From assembly GCA_045604985.1 (NCBI GenBank), contig JAZUPD010000017.1, positions 1-63,864 of the forward strand: 63,864 bases of DNA, given 5' to 3'. The notes below the pieces were generated by a model. It was not told the origin of the DNA, made no database searches, and was given only the letters and a program-made list of their open reading frames with translations. Made by a program: the position numbers and the translations under genes. Positions 55,501 to 63,864 of the stretch are shown here, in pieces. Every line of letters starts with the position of its first letter. Position 1 is the first letter of the stretch. The DNA is from Eubacteriales bacterium (GTDB lineage Bacteria > Bacillota > Clostridia > Oscillospirales > CAG-272).

Positions 55501-56148
55501 ATGATTGCACTTTTTATTCTTTTCTCCATACTTCTGCTCATTGCGCTTATTCTTTTCATAAGAGTAAGACTTTTAATAGACTATAAGGGCGAGGATATAA
55601 AACTAACTCTCCACATTTTGGGAATCCCGATAAAACTTTTACCCCAGAAGGAAAAAAAACAAAAAATAAAGCTCTCGGATTATTCATACGAAAAGCTCAA
55701 AAAAAAGCAAAAAAAGAAAGAAAAATCATTTCTGAAAAAGCCTAAAAAAGAAAAAAGTAAAAAGGAAAATATAAAACCGAATCCTCCGCTCTCCGAGGCA
55801 ATACCAATGATAGGTGATATCGTCAAGCATCTGCTGGGAAAATTTTTCGGCCATTTGCGAATTGATGTTACCGAGATAAAAATAACTGTCGGCACAGACG
55901 ACGCCGCAAAGACCGCAATAATGTACGGCATCATAAATCAAGCTGCCGCTGCCCTTTTTGATATTCTTTCGGGAATAACGAACGTAAAAAAGAACAGGAA
56001 AAATGAAATTGCAGTATATGCGGATTTCACGTCGAAAAAAACTATCATAAATATCAACCTTGGTTTTTCACTTAGGATTTGGCATGTTTTTTCAATCGCC
56101 CTCAGTACACTTTTTAAATATCTGAAAAATATGATAAAAAACAAATAA
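55501..56148 (+). CDS. ytfI: DUF2953 (YtfI-like) sporulation protein
   Basis: An N-terminal TM helix, a Lys-rich linker and a position upstream of ytfJ. Confidence 0.65.
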   Translation: MIALFILFSILLLIALILFIRVRLLIDYKGEDIKLTLHILGIPIKLLPQKEKKQKIKLSDYSYEKLKKKQKKKEKSFLKKPKKEKSKKENIKPNPPLSEAIPMIGDIVKHLLGKFFGHLRIDVTEIKITVGTDDAAKTAIMYGIINQAAAALFDILSGITNVKKNRKNEIAVYADFTSKKTIININLGFSLRIWHVFSIALSTLFKYLKNMIKNK

Positions 56149-56174
56149 TTGATATATTAAGGAAGGATAAAGCT

Positions 56175-56576
56175 ATGGCAGAAACAAAAATTTCAGATGT
56201 TATCGCCACATCTCTTGAAAATCTCCGTTCAATGGTAGATGCAAACACCGTTATCGGTATACCGATAAATACTGAGAGCGGAACTACCATTATTCCCATT
56301 TCAAAAATATCTATGGGCTTTGCCTCGGGCGGTCTCGACTATAACGGCAAGGAACAAAACGGAGCAAAACAGCCCAATTTTGGCGGAGGAGGCGGAACGG
56401 GTCTCAGCATCACCCCCGTCGGATTTCTCACGGTCGACAAAAACGGAAATGTTGATATGATAAACGTCGGGCAGTCTAATGCGGGAACTCTCGATCAGGT
56501 TGCTGATCTTCTTGAGCGATCTCCCGAGATCATCGAAAAGCTCAAAACTGTTTTTAAGAAAAAGGCTAAGGAATAA
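56175..56576 (+). CDS. ytfJ: GerW/YtfJ family sporulation protein
   Basis: TIIPISKISMGFASGG...GGGGGTGLSITPVGFL is the YtfJ pattern. Confidence 0.85.
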   Translation: MAETKISDVIATSLENLRSMVDANTVIGIPINTESGTTIIPISKISMGFASGGLDYNGKEQNGAKQPNFGGGGGTGLSITPVGFLTVDKNGNVDMINVGQSNAGTLDQVADLLERSPEIIEKLKTVFKKKAKE

Positions 56577-56646
56577 CTTAATATCACACATATCGCCTGC
56601 ATAATATCTATTTCTCACCGCATATAATTTTAAAAAAATACGAGGT

Positions 56647-57798
56647 GTGAAAATGAGTTTTTGCAGGCGACGGCATTGCCGATCTATTTGTTTATTTATG
56701 GCTTTTTTCAGCCTTTTTTCCGCTTTTGCTTTTCCGTGCATTGCGGAGGGGGACGTCCCCGTCTCAGCAGAGAGTGCCGTACTGATAAATGCCGAAAATG
56801 GTGAAGTATATTTTGAAAAAAATTCCGAAAAAAGGCTTCCCATGGCAAGCACCACGAAAATAATGACAGCACTTGTAGCCATCGAAAATTCCGATATGCA
56901 GGATACTGTCATTATAGACCGTCGTGCGGTGGGAGTTGAAGGCTCGTCGGTCTATCTTACCGACGGCGAGTTGCTTACGATGGAGGAGCTTATCTATTGC
57001 CTGCTTCTGGCAAGTGCAAACGATGCGGCAGAAGCAATCGCTATTGAGATCGGCGGAAGCATAGAGGGCTTTGCCGCAATGATGAACAAAAAGGCAAATG
57101 AGCTGGGTCTGGTAAACACACATTTTGATAACCCCCACGGGCTTGACAGCGAAAAGCATTATACAAATGCCCGCGATCTTGCCACGATAACAGCATATGC
57201 TCTTAAAAATCCTGATTTTTTGAAAATCGTTTCAACCTATAAGAAGAATATCGAATGTGAAGTAGGAACAAGATATCTTATCAATCATAATAAGCTTCTT
57301 CGTATCTATGAGGGGTGCATAGGAGTTAAAACAGGCTTTACAAAGCGAAGCGGAAGATGCCTTGTGAGTGCCGCAGAAAGAAACGGACTTTGCCTCGTTG
57401 CAGTAACTCTTAACGCACCGGATGATTGGAACGACCACAAAAAAATGCTTGATTACGGCTTTTCCTCATATCACAAGTTAACACTTTTAGAAGAAAAGCA
57501 GTATAGCATTTCCCTGCCGGTCGTGGGCGGCAAGGATCAAACTGTGCTTCTGCGAAGCACGAATTCTATCGAAGCGATTCTTCCGTCTAATATCGGTACA
57601 GAGGATTGCAAGATCGAGATATATCTGCCTCATTTTCTTTATGCCCCAATAGAAAAAGGCGACAGGATAGGCAAGGTAAGCTGTTATCTTGATGGAAAGC
57701 TCATTGGTGAGAGCGACATCATCCCCCTTTACAGCGTTCAAAAGAAGATTTATAAAAAAAGCCTTTGGAAAAGGATCGCAGAATTTTTCAAATTTTAG
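56647..57798 (+). CDS. Serine-type D-Ala-D-Ala carboxypeptidase (S11)
   Basis: It has a signal peptide and the motifs MASTTKIMT (SxxK), SANDAA (SxN) and VKTGFT (KTG). Confidence 0.9.
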   Translation: MKMSFCRRRHCRSICLFMAFFSLFSAFAFPCIAEGDVPVSAESAVLINAENGEVYFEKNSEKRLPMASTTKIMTALVAIENSDMQDTVIIDRRAVGVEGSSVYLTDGELLTMEELIYCLLLASANDAAEAIAIEIGGSIEGFAAMMNKKANELGLVNTHFDNPHGLDSEKHYTNARDLATITAYALKNPDFLKIVSTYKKNIECEVGTRYLINHNKLLRIYEGCIGVKTGFTKRSGRCLVSAAERNGLCLVAVTLNAPDDWNDHKKMLDYGFSSYHKLTLLEEKQYSISLPVVGGKDQTVLLRSTNSIEAILPSNIGTEDCKIEIYLPHFLYAPIEKGDRIGKVSCYLDGKLIGESDIIPLYSVQKKIYKKSLWKRIAEFFKF

Positions 57799-57814
57799 CT
57801 ATAAGGATAATTAA

Positions 57815-58555
57815 ATGGAAGAGATCAGACTTCAAAAATACATAAGCGACTGCGGAATAATGTCGAGACGCGCCGCCGAGGTCAAAATTTCCACGGGAAA
57901 GGTCAAGATCAACGGCAAAGTTGCAAAGCTTGGACAAAAAATAGATCCCGAAAAGGATAAGGTAGAGATCGACGGAAAGCCGCTTAGGATCCAAAGAAAA
58001 AGCACATATACATACGTTCTGCTCAATAAGCCCCGAGGCTATCTTTCAAGCGTGAGCGACGACAGAGGACGAAAATGCGTAACAGAGCTTGTTTCTAACA
58101 TAAAGCTTAGGCTCTATCCCGTTGGAAGGCTCGATATGGACTCGGACGGACTTCTGCTCATGACAAACGATGGAGATCTCACAAACCGTCTTACCCACCC
58201 AAGACATGAAATACCCAAAATATATAGAGTCAAGGTGAAGCCTGCCCCAAGCAAGGAGCAGATGGCAATTCTCACAAGTGCCATTGTCATCGACGGATAT
58301 AAGATCCATCCCGCAGAGGTGGAGATACTAACCTCAAATGAGGAAAACGCTATTCTTTTGATTAAGCTTTATGAAGGCAGGAACCGCCAAATAAGAAAAA
58401 TGTGCGAGGCGGCAGATCTCGGCGTGTTATGGCTAACCAGAATCGCCATCGGAGAGCTGGACATGGGCAATCTGCAAAGAGGAAAATGGAGATATCTGAC
58501 CGAGGACGAAATAGCATATCTAAAAAACGAAAAAACACATATAATAGGAGACTAA
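57815..58555 (+). CDS. rluB: Pseudouridine synthase (RluB/RsuA family) with an S4 domain
   Basis: RLQKYISDCGIMSRR is the S4 region. GRLDMDSDGLLL is the catalytic Asp motif. Confidence 0.85.
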   Translation: MEEIRLQKYISDCGIMSRRAAEVKISTGKVKINGKVAKLGQKIDPEKDKVEIDGKPLRIQRKSTYTYVLLNKPRGYLSSVSDDRGRKCVTELVSNIKLRLYPVGRLDMDSDGLLLMTNDGDLTNRLTHPRHEIPKIYRVKVKPAPSKEQMAILTSAIVIDGYKIHPAEVEILTSNEENAILLIKLYEGRNRQIRKMCEAADLGVLWLTRIAIGELDMGNLQRGKWRYLTEDEIAYLKNEKTHIIGD

Positions 58556-58557
58556 AA

Positions 58558-58956
58558 ATGCTAAAGGTTTTACCGATACAGTCAAAAACGGAACAGGAGG
58601 CAATCTGTGCAAGATGTGGAGTGACATACAAAGCAGAGCTTCTTGCATATTCCGCAAAGCTTGATGACAAACTGGCAGGAATATGCCAATTTACAATGAA
58701 CAGCGATGGAGGAAGCATCAGAGACCTTGCACTCGCTGAGGACTGCGACAATACCGAAGTTCTATTTGTACTTGGCAGAGCCACACTTAATTTTATAGAC
58801 CTTACCGGGGTACATAAGGCATATTACGACGCACCGGTTGACGAGAATAACGAAATGCTTGTCCGCAGAATAGGATTTTGCAAAAACGAGGACGGAAAAT
58901 TCTTTGTTGATCTGACAAATTTCTTCACATCCCCATGCCAGCACGATAAGCATTGA
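58558..58956 (+). CDS. Hypothetical protein (132 aa)
   Basis: The start was refined to MLKVLPIQ (ATG 58558) just after the rluB stop. The longer track ORF overlaps rluB out of frame. No family was recognised. Confidence 0.5.
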   Translation: MLKVLPIQSKTEQEAICARCGVTYKAELLAYSAKLDDKLAGICQFTMNSDGGSIRDLALAEDCDNTEVLFVLGRATLNFIDLTGVHKAYYDAPVDENNEMLVRRIGFCKNEDGKFFVDLTNFFTSPCQHDKH

Positions 58957-59158
58957 TTTGTCATTATATCCCATTATTCGACCTTTAATTAGTAATTCTA
59001 ACACAATACTTTGTAATAATTGGTGAAATCTTACAGATTTTACCAATTATTTTTGTTAATTTTTTTATTTGGAAATTTATGGAAATATCTTGAAATATTT
59101 TCCAAAATATGGTAATATATATGTGTTGAAATTAATGATAATATTTGGAGGAAAGAAT

Positions 59159-59959
59159 ATGGAATTCAGCAGTACCGGTACAAAAAATACAAAAATTCTC
59201 ATTGCAGACGAAAATGCACAGATGAGAAGCAATTTGAGAGATGGGCTTATGAGAGCAGGCTACCGAAGCATTGAAGAGGCTGCAAACGGCGAGGATGCTC
59301 TGGTAAGAATAGGAAGAAATCATCCCGACATTGTCATATGCGACATATGGCTTTCAAAAATAGACGGGATCGGTGTTCTTCGCAACAGCCGTCTTCTCGA
59401 TTTTGGAAAGGACAAAGCCCCATCATTTATCGTCCTCTCTATGGTATCAAATCCCAATATATTCGTTGAAGCCACAAATGCAGGTGCGGAGATGTGCATT
59501 CCCAAGCCCTTTGATATCGAAAGCCTTACCATGCATGTTGACAGGATAGCGCAAAGCAGAGCAAATGAAAAATCCACCTCCGAAAGAAGTGTTAAAAGGG
59601 AGGAAACGGATATTGAAACACAGGTCACACAGATCATTCACCAAATAGGGGTGCCCGCCCATATAAAGGGATATCAGTATCTGAGGACTGCAATTCTACT
59701 GACCATTGATGATAGCGACATCATAAATTCCGTAACAAAGGTGCTATATCCTTCTGTTGCAAAAAAATACTCTACGACCACAAGCAGAGTTGAACGCGCC
59801 ATAAGACACGCAATAGAGGTGGCTTGGGACAGAGGAGATGTTGATACTCTCAATTCCTATTTCGGCTATACCATTCAAAATAACCGAGGCAAGCCAACGA
59901 ACAGCGAATTTATCGCAATGATAGCAGATAATCTGAGACTAAAATATAAATTGTATTGA
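59159..59959 (+). CDS. spo0A: Sporulation master regulator Spo0A
   Basis: The receiver domain reads ILIADEN...[14 protein letters not shown]. The C-terminal Spo0A-specific domain reads [16 protein letters not shown]...[18 protein letters not shown]...[13 protein letters not shown]. The start is ATG 59159 behind the RBS GGAGG. Confidence 0.95.
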   Translation: MEFSSTGTKNTKILIADENAQMRSNLRDGLMRAGYRSIEEAANGEDALVRIGRNHPDIVICDIWLSKIDGIGVLRNSRLLDFGKDKAPSFIVLSMVSNPNIFVEATNAGAEMCIPKPFDIESLTMHVDRIAQSRANEKSTSERSVKREETDIETQVTQIIHQIGVPAHIKGYQYLRTAILLTIDDSDIINSVTKVLYPSVAKKYSTTTSRVERAIRHAIEVAWDRGDVDTLNSYFGYTIQNNRGKPTNSEFIAMIADNLRLKYKLY

Positions 59960-59970
59960 TTTTGAAACAA

Positions 59971-60001
59971 AAAGGCCAGGACAATCACCCTGACCTTTTT
60001 T
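59971..60001 (+). terminator. Intrinsic terminator after spo0A
   Basis: AAAGGCCAGG...CCCTGACCTTT followed by a T-run. Confidence 0.65.
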
Positions 60002-60194
60002 CACGTCTTCATTTTTAAGCCTTTTTTGCTGACAAGGACATTTAATTCTCTTGTTAAAAAATTTGCAAAGAGAATTACCCTATCTTTCTTTGTTCACTGC
60101 TTTGTGGTTTTTGATTGTTTCTATATCGGTCTCCAAATTACAAATCGTATTTGATACGTTTGCGTCACGGTCACAGATATGGAATACCTCAAAT

Positions 60195-61613
60195 TTACAA
60201 ATTCAGTCTATATATTTCAAGAAATTCCCCGAGTAGCAGACGCATTTCCGAGGCAAGATACAGTGAGCCAAAGGAGATCACGGCGTCGCTGGGTTTTATC
60301 TCGCACAATAGAGCAAAAAGTGCTTTTTTTCTCGCAATCCCCACATCGCTAACAGGTATCACCTCGAGCTTTCCATCCGAAAGGTTTGTGAGAATCTGAG
60401 CAAGCTCTGATGCGTCCATTGCCCTTGGACTTTCGGGTGTCAAAGTTATTATTCTTTTCGTCCTTACCTTGTCCCCGGTGGCAAGCTCGATAAAGGGCAT
60501 CAGCGTATTTTCCGGTTTTTTGTCCTTCAACATACCAAGTGCAAAGACGGTCTCTCCCTTGACAGCACCGGAAATCATCTCAACACTTTCGCAAAAAGCC
60601 TTTATTCCATGCTCATTATGTGCACCGTCAACTATAAAGGCAGGCGAGGCTCCAAGCACTTCAAATCGGCCCGGAAAAAAGGTCTTTGCAAGCCCGCTTT
60701 TTATGTTTTCTTCGGAAATATCCATTCCCACTCGACACAGTGCCTCGCAGGCCTCAATTACCGTTGCTGCATTGAAAAGCTGGTAATACGCCGAAAGCTT
60801 AGAAAAATAATTTTTTCCTTTATATGAAAAATCAAGTCCGCCGAGGGACGCATGGAGCATTTTTAACTCGGTCTTCCTCGGTACGGAAATTCTTGCATTC
60901 GCCTTAACGCAAGCTTTGCTTATAACAGACATAACAGAGGGAAGCTGTGGATAGCTGATTATCTCCTGCGTACCCTTTTTTATTATGCCGCATTTCTCTG
61001 CGGCAATTTTTTCGACAGTGTCTCCGAGAAGCTCGGTGTGGTCAATCCCAATGCCCATAATTACAGCGGCAATAGGGGCATCAATTATGTTTGTGGCGTC
61101 GAATTTGCCTCCAAGACCACATTCAAGAATCACGACGTCACATCTTTTCTTTAGAAAAAAGAGAAATCCTATGGCGGTAACGACCTCAAACTGCACAGGC
61201 ATGGCGGACGTTTCCGCCTCAAGCATTACGGCTGGGATAGGGTATGGCGTTTTCTCTCCCAGTCTCGCCCTTTCAACATCAGCTTCCAGTTTTGTTACTG
61301 CATCAAGAACGGTCCTTGTATGCTCGCAAAGCTCCTCGTGGCTTATCATCTCCCCACAAAAGGTCATCCTTTCTCTGAAATCGAGAACGTACGGAGATAT
61401 ATATCTTCCCACCTTATATCCACTATCACGCAGGACTCTATCGAGCATTGTTGCACATGACCCTTTGCCGTTCGTTCCCGCAATGTGAACGAATTTCAGC
61501 TTTTTCTGCGGTTCTCCAAGATATTTGCAGAGCAGACGCATCCTCTCGATAGTCGGAGCACCTGCCGTTCTCGGAAAAGAAAATATTTTTTTCAGTGCAT
61601 TAACATATGTCAT
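60195..61613 (-). CDS. folC: Bifunctional folylpolyglutamate synthase/dihydrofolate synthase
   Basis: HIAGTNGKGS is the P-loop. The sequence shows the Mur-ligase fold pattern over 472 aa. Confidence 0.9.
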   Translation of the reverse strand: MTYVNALKKIFSFPRTAGAPTIERMRLLCKYLGEPQKKLKFVHIAGTNGKGSCATMLDRVLRDSGYKVGRYISPYVLDFRERMTFCGEMISHEELCEHTRTVLDAVTKLEADVERARLGEKTPYPIPAVMLEAETSAMPVQFEVVTAIGFLFFLKKRCDVVILECGLGGKFDATNIIDAPIAAVIMGIGIDHTELLGDTVEKIAAEKCGIIKKGTQEIISYPQLPSVMSVISKACVKANARISVPRKTELKMLHASLGGLDFSYKGKNYFSKLSAYYQLFNAATVIEACEALCRVGMDISEENIKSGLAKTFFPGRFEVLGASPAFIVDGAHNEHGIKAFCESVEMISGAVKGETVFALGMLKDKKPENTLMPFIELATGDKVRTKRIITLTPESPRAMDASELAQILTNLSDGKLEVIPVSDVGIARKKALFALLCEIKPSDAVISFGSLYLASEMRLLLGEFLEIYRLNL

Positions 61614-61619
61614 TTGTTT

Positions 61620-62783
61620 TTATTCACCTAAAAGAAATTTTTTCGCTTTTTCGTATTCGGCCCTCGCCGTCATCATAGAATGCTTTGAAGGGGTGTTTTT
61701 CAGCACCGCACGAAGCATTATATTTTTCGGTGTCTCCTCGGGGTCGATAAGCTCCAGCGCATCGCATGAATAACCCTTTGATTCAAGAAGCTTTAAGCGC
61801 AAAGCGTCGGTTGCCGCATCACAAAGCTTTTGACGGAGCATCGAATGTTCGCTTATAAATGAAAGCTCGTCGCAATTTATCTTATGATTCAGCTCATGGT
61901 GACAGCATGGTGTAGAAAGAATCACAGGTGTTCTCCATTCCGATGCCTTTTCAAGAACGATGTCTGTTGCCACATCACAAGCATGGAGAGAAATGACGAG
62001 AGACGGCGGTTTTTCGGTCTGATACAGCATAATATCTCCGCAGATAAATTCAAGCCCGTCAAAACCAAGTGCTGCCGATACCGAATTGCAATATTCGATA
62101 ACATCCCCCTTGAGGTCAACGCCCGTCATCGAAACCTCTCTGCCCTTTATGGCGGTAAAATAATAATAGACCGCAAATGAAAGATAGCTCTTTCCGCAGC
62201 AAAGATCGCAAATTTTCAAAATCCCTTCTGCGGGCAGGTGCTTTTCTATGTCTCTTATATGCTCTAAAAACCTGTTTATCTGTCTGAACTTGGGGCGTTT
62301 TTTGTCATGAACTCTGCCCCTCTCATCACTTATACCGAGATGTTTTAAAAACGCCTCGTCTCCGCTAAGAATATAGTTTTTTTCCTTGTCGTTTTTAAGA
62401 ATATTCACATTTTGAGGTTCGGCGGCATCAAATTTCAGCTTATTTGCACCTATAAGAGTCTCTTTTCCGTTTTTCGAACGCTTATATTCACATTCTCCGA
62501 CGCTCGTAATAACATTTATCTGCATATATACAGAACAGATATCGCAAAGTCCTACCGCATCTGTCTGCTCGGTGTTTTTATGGATAGCTTTATTATCGGT
62601 CATGAATATCTCGCTTTGGATCTTGGGTCTGCCGCCGATAAGACGAGGGGTCACAATGGCTTTTTTGATGCTTTTATCGTTGGACCTTGAAAGCACCGCC
62701 TTTTTTAGCACCCCCGCTTCTGCCGCACGCAAAATTATACGGCATATCTCCGAAAGCTCGGGAGAAAAAAACTTATTTTCCAT
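61620..62783 (-). CDS. Class I SAM-dependent methyltransferase (Methyltransf_32-like)
   Basis: ICDLCCGKSYLSF and VISLHACDVATD are present. The start was refined to MENKFF (ATG 62783) to avoid overlap with plsY. Confidence 0.7.
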   Translation of the reverse strand: MENKFFSPELSEICRIILRAAEAGVLKKAVLSRSNDKSIKKAIVTPRLIGGRPKIQSEIFMTDNKAIHKNTEQTDAVGLCDICSVYMQINVITSVGECEYKRSKNGKETLIGANKLKFDAAEPQNVNILKNDKEKNYILSGDEAFLKHLGISDERGRVHDKKRPKFRQINRFLEHIRDIEKHLPAEGILKICDLCCGKSYLSFAVYYYFTAIKGREVSMTGVDLKGDVIEYCNSVSAALGFDGLEFICGDIMLYQTEKPPSLVISLHACDVATDIVLEKASEWRTPVILSTPCCHHELNHKINCDELSFISEHSMLRQKLCDAATDALRLKLLESKGYSCDALELIDPEETPKNIMLRAVLKNTPSKHSMMTARAEYEKAKKFLLGE

Positions 62784-62805
62784 CTTCCGCATCCTTGTTC
62801 TTTTT

Positions 62806-63513
62806 TTAGAAGGATATCTTCGATTCTTTTCCTTCAAGAAGCCGCTTGATATTCTCTCTGTGCATGAATATCACCATTACCATCATCAAAAAAGCAAAAA
62901 TAATGTCAAATCCCCAGCCGATATTGTTTGCCACAAACCAGCCTGCTCCATCCTGAATAAGGTTGACACGATAAAGAAGCACGGGATAGATAAGTGCCGC
63001 CATGATTGAGCCGAGAGAAACGTATTTCGTTCCCAGAAGGATAATTACAAAAACTATTACCATAATGAGAGCAACGAAGGGACTGAGCAAAAAGATAGCT
63101 CCTATGCTCGTGGCAACTCCCTTTCCGCCCTTGAATTTATAAAATATCGGGAACATATGACCGAGCATACAGAAAAACGCTGCCATATGACCGCCAAAGG
63201 TAAGTCCAAGAAGTGCCGAGCCGATGGTGACCGCTGCCATGCCCTTTACGATATCTCCTGCAAACGTCAGAATTGCCGCAAGTTTACCAAATGTACGAAG
63301 CATATTTGTCGTACCGCCGTTTCCGCTTCCGTGATTTCTGATATCATCGTGGTATTTCTTATTTGAAAGCATCACTGCAAAATTAAGCGAGCCCAAAAGA
63401 TAAGCAACAGAAATGCACCCGATTATAAAAAGAATAATCGTCCATTGGGGTACTGACTCGCTCGCCCTCAAGGTTTGATAAAGTCCTCTAAGCATAAATC
63501 CATTAAAAACCAT
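62806..63513 (-). CDS. plsY: Glycerol-3-phosphate acyltransferase PlsY
   Basis: AYLLGSLNFAV...HGSGNGGTTN...FKGGKGVAT are the PlsY motifs. Confidence 0.9.
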   Translation of the reverse strand: MVFNGFMLRGLYQTLRASESVPQWTIILFIIGCISVAYLLGSLNFAVMLSNKKYHDDIRNHGSGNGGTTNMLRTFGKLAAILTFAGDIVKGMAAVTIGSALLGLTFGGHMAAFFCMLGHMFPIFYKFKGGKGVATSIGAIFLLSPFVALIMVIVFVIILLGTKYVSLGSIMAALIYPVLLYRVNLIQDGAGWFVANNIGWGFDIIFAFLMMVMVIFMHRENIKRLLEGKESKISF

Positions 63514-63752
63514 TATTTATCTCCTCTCGAAAAAAGTGCCTTGAGTCTATTTGACATCTCTTCCTTTTTTTCTTCCGTTTCCTTTTTCATTTTTTCCTTT
63601 ACCGTGATCTCACCGTCATTACCTATTTCACAAAGGAGAATATCCCCCTCGGCATAGTCTGATAAATATTCACATTCAAACATTTTTCCCTCGCCGTCAA
63701 GAAGGATAGCCCTTCCCTCCTCTATTCTGTCAATAGTCAGCTTTATCTCCAC
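63513..63752 (-). CDS. DUF3006 domain-containing protein
   Basis: IDRIEEGRAILLDGEGKMFE...AEGDIL is the DUF3006 pattern. The start is GTG and a TAATG overlap links it to plsY. Confidence 0.65.
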   Translation of the reverse strand: MEIKLTIDRIEEGRAILLDGEGKMFECEYLSDYAEGDILLCEIGNDGEITVKEKMKKETEEKKEEMSNRLKALFSRGDK

Positions 63753-63864
63753 GTCAGTATTCCTTTCAAAAAAATCAAAGTAATTATAACATATTTTTCC
63801 TCAATTTTCAATACATATTTTATCTTTCAGTATGAAGATTTAGATATTGTTTGGTATATTATGA

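Overview
This 63.9-kb window looks like chromosome of a spore-forming Clostridia member, possibly Oscillospiraceae/Ruminococcaceae-like. Lineage markers are spo0A, spmAB, ytfIJ, abrB, a T-box upstream of pheST, and SLH/cohesin surface proteins. Most of the window is ordinary core genome: pheST, prfC, lon, engB, scpAB, rluB, folC, plsY, fba and a cardiolipin synthase gene.

Features that stand out:
1. The left 3.4 kb looks like the end of an integrated element. It carries a tightly coupled pair, XRE-HTH-DUF3990 followed by a DNA amino-methyltransferase whose N-terminus is DUF3791-like. A repeat-dense non-coding terminus follows, ending in a 3' half of tRNA-Pro (probable attR) with its terminator.
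2. A six-gene peroxide/redox operon (gpx to PNPOx) has a consensus promoter and an OhrR-type palindromic operator.
3. An feoAB iron-uptake locus has four DtxR-type palindromic boxes, two DtxR-family regulators and Cys-rich or HMA accessory proteins.
4. A decay zone holds a thioesterase remnant and an in-frame ABC-ATPase::YhhN fusion. Elsewhere a cls gene carries one in-frame TAA, and a DtxR-family pseudogene copy lies next to a TPP-riboswitch-controlled thiT.
5. An orphan mazF/endoA has no antitoxin ORF nearby.
6. Two paralogous cohesin-SLH surface proteins sit in tandem.
7. About 0.7 kb of non-coding DNA between spmB and lon consists of two roughly 227-bp multi-hairpin repeat copies in inverted orientation around a 219-bp AT-rich spacer.
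8. A roughly 30-nt intergenic box plus hairpin recurs four times.

No CRISPR array, rRNA, intact tRNA or transposase/integrase gene was seen. All family assignments come from reading the translations by eye. No database search was run.
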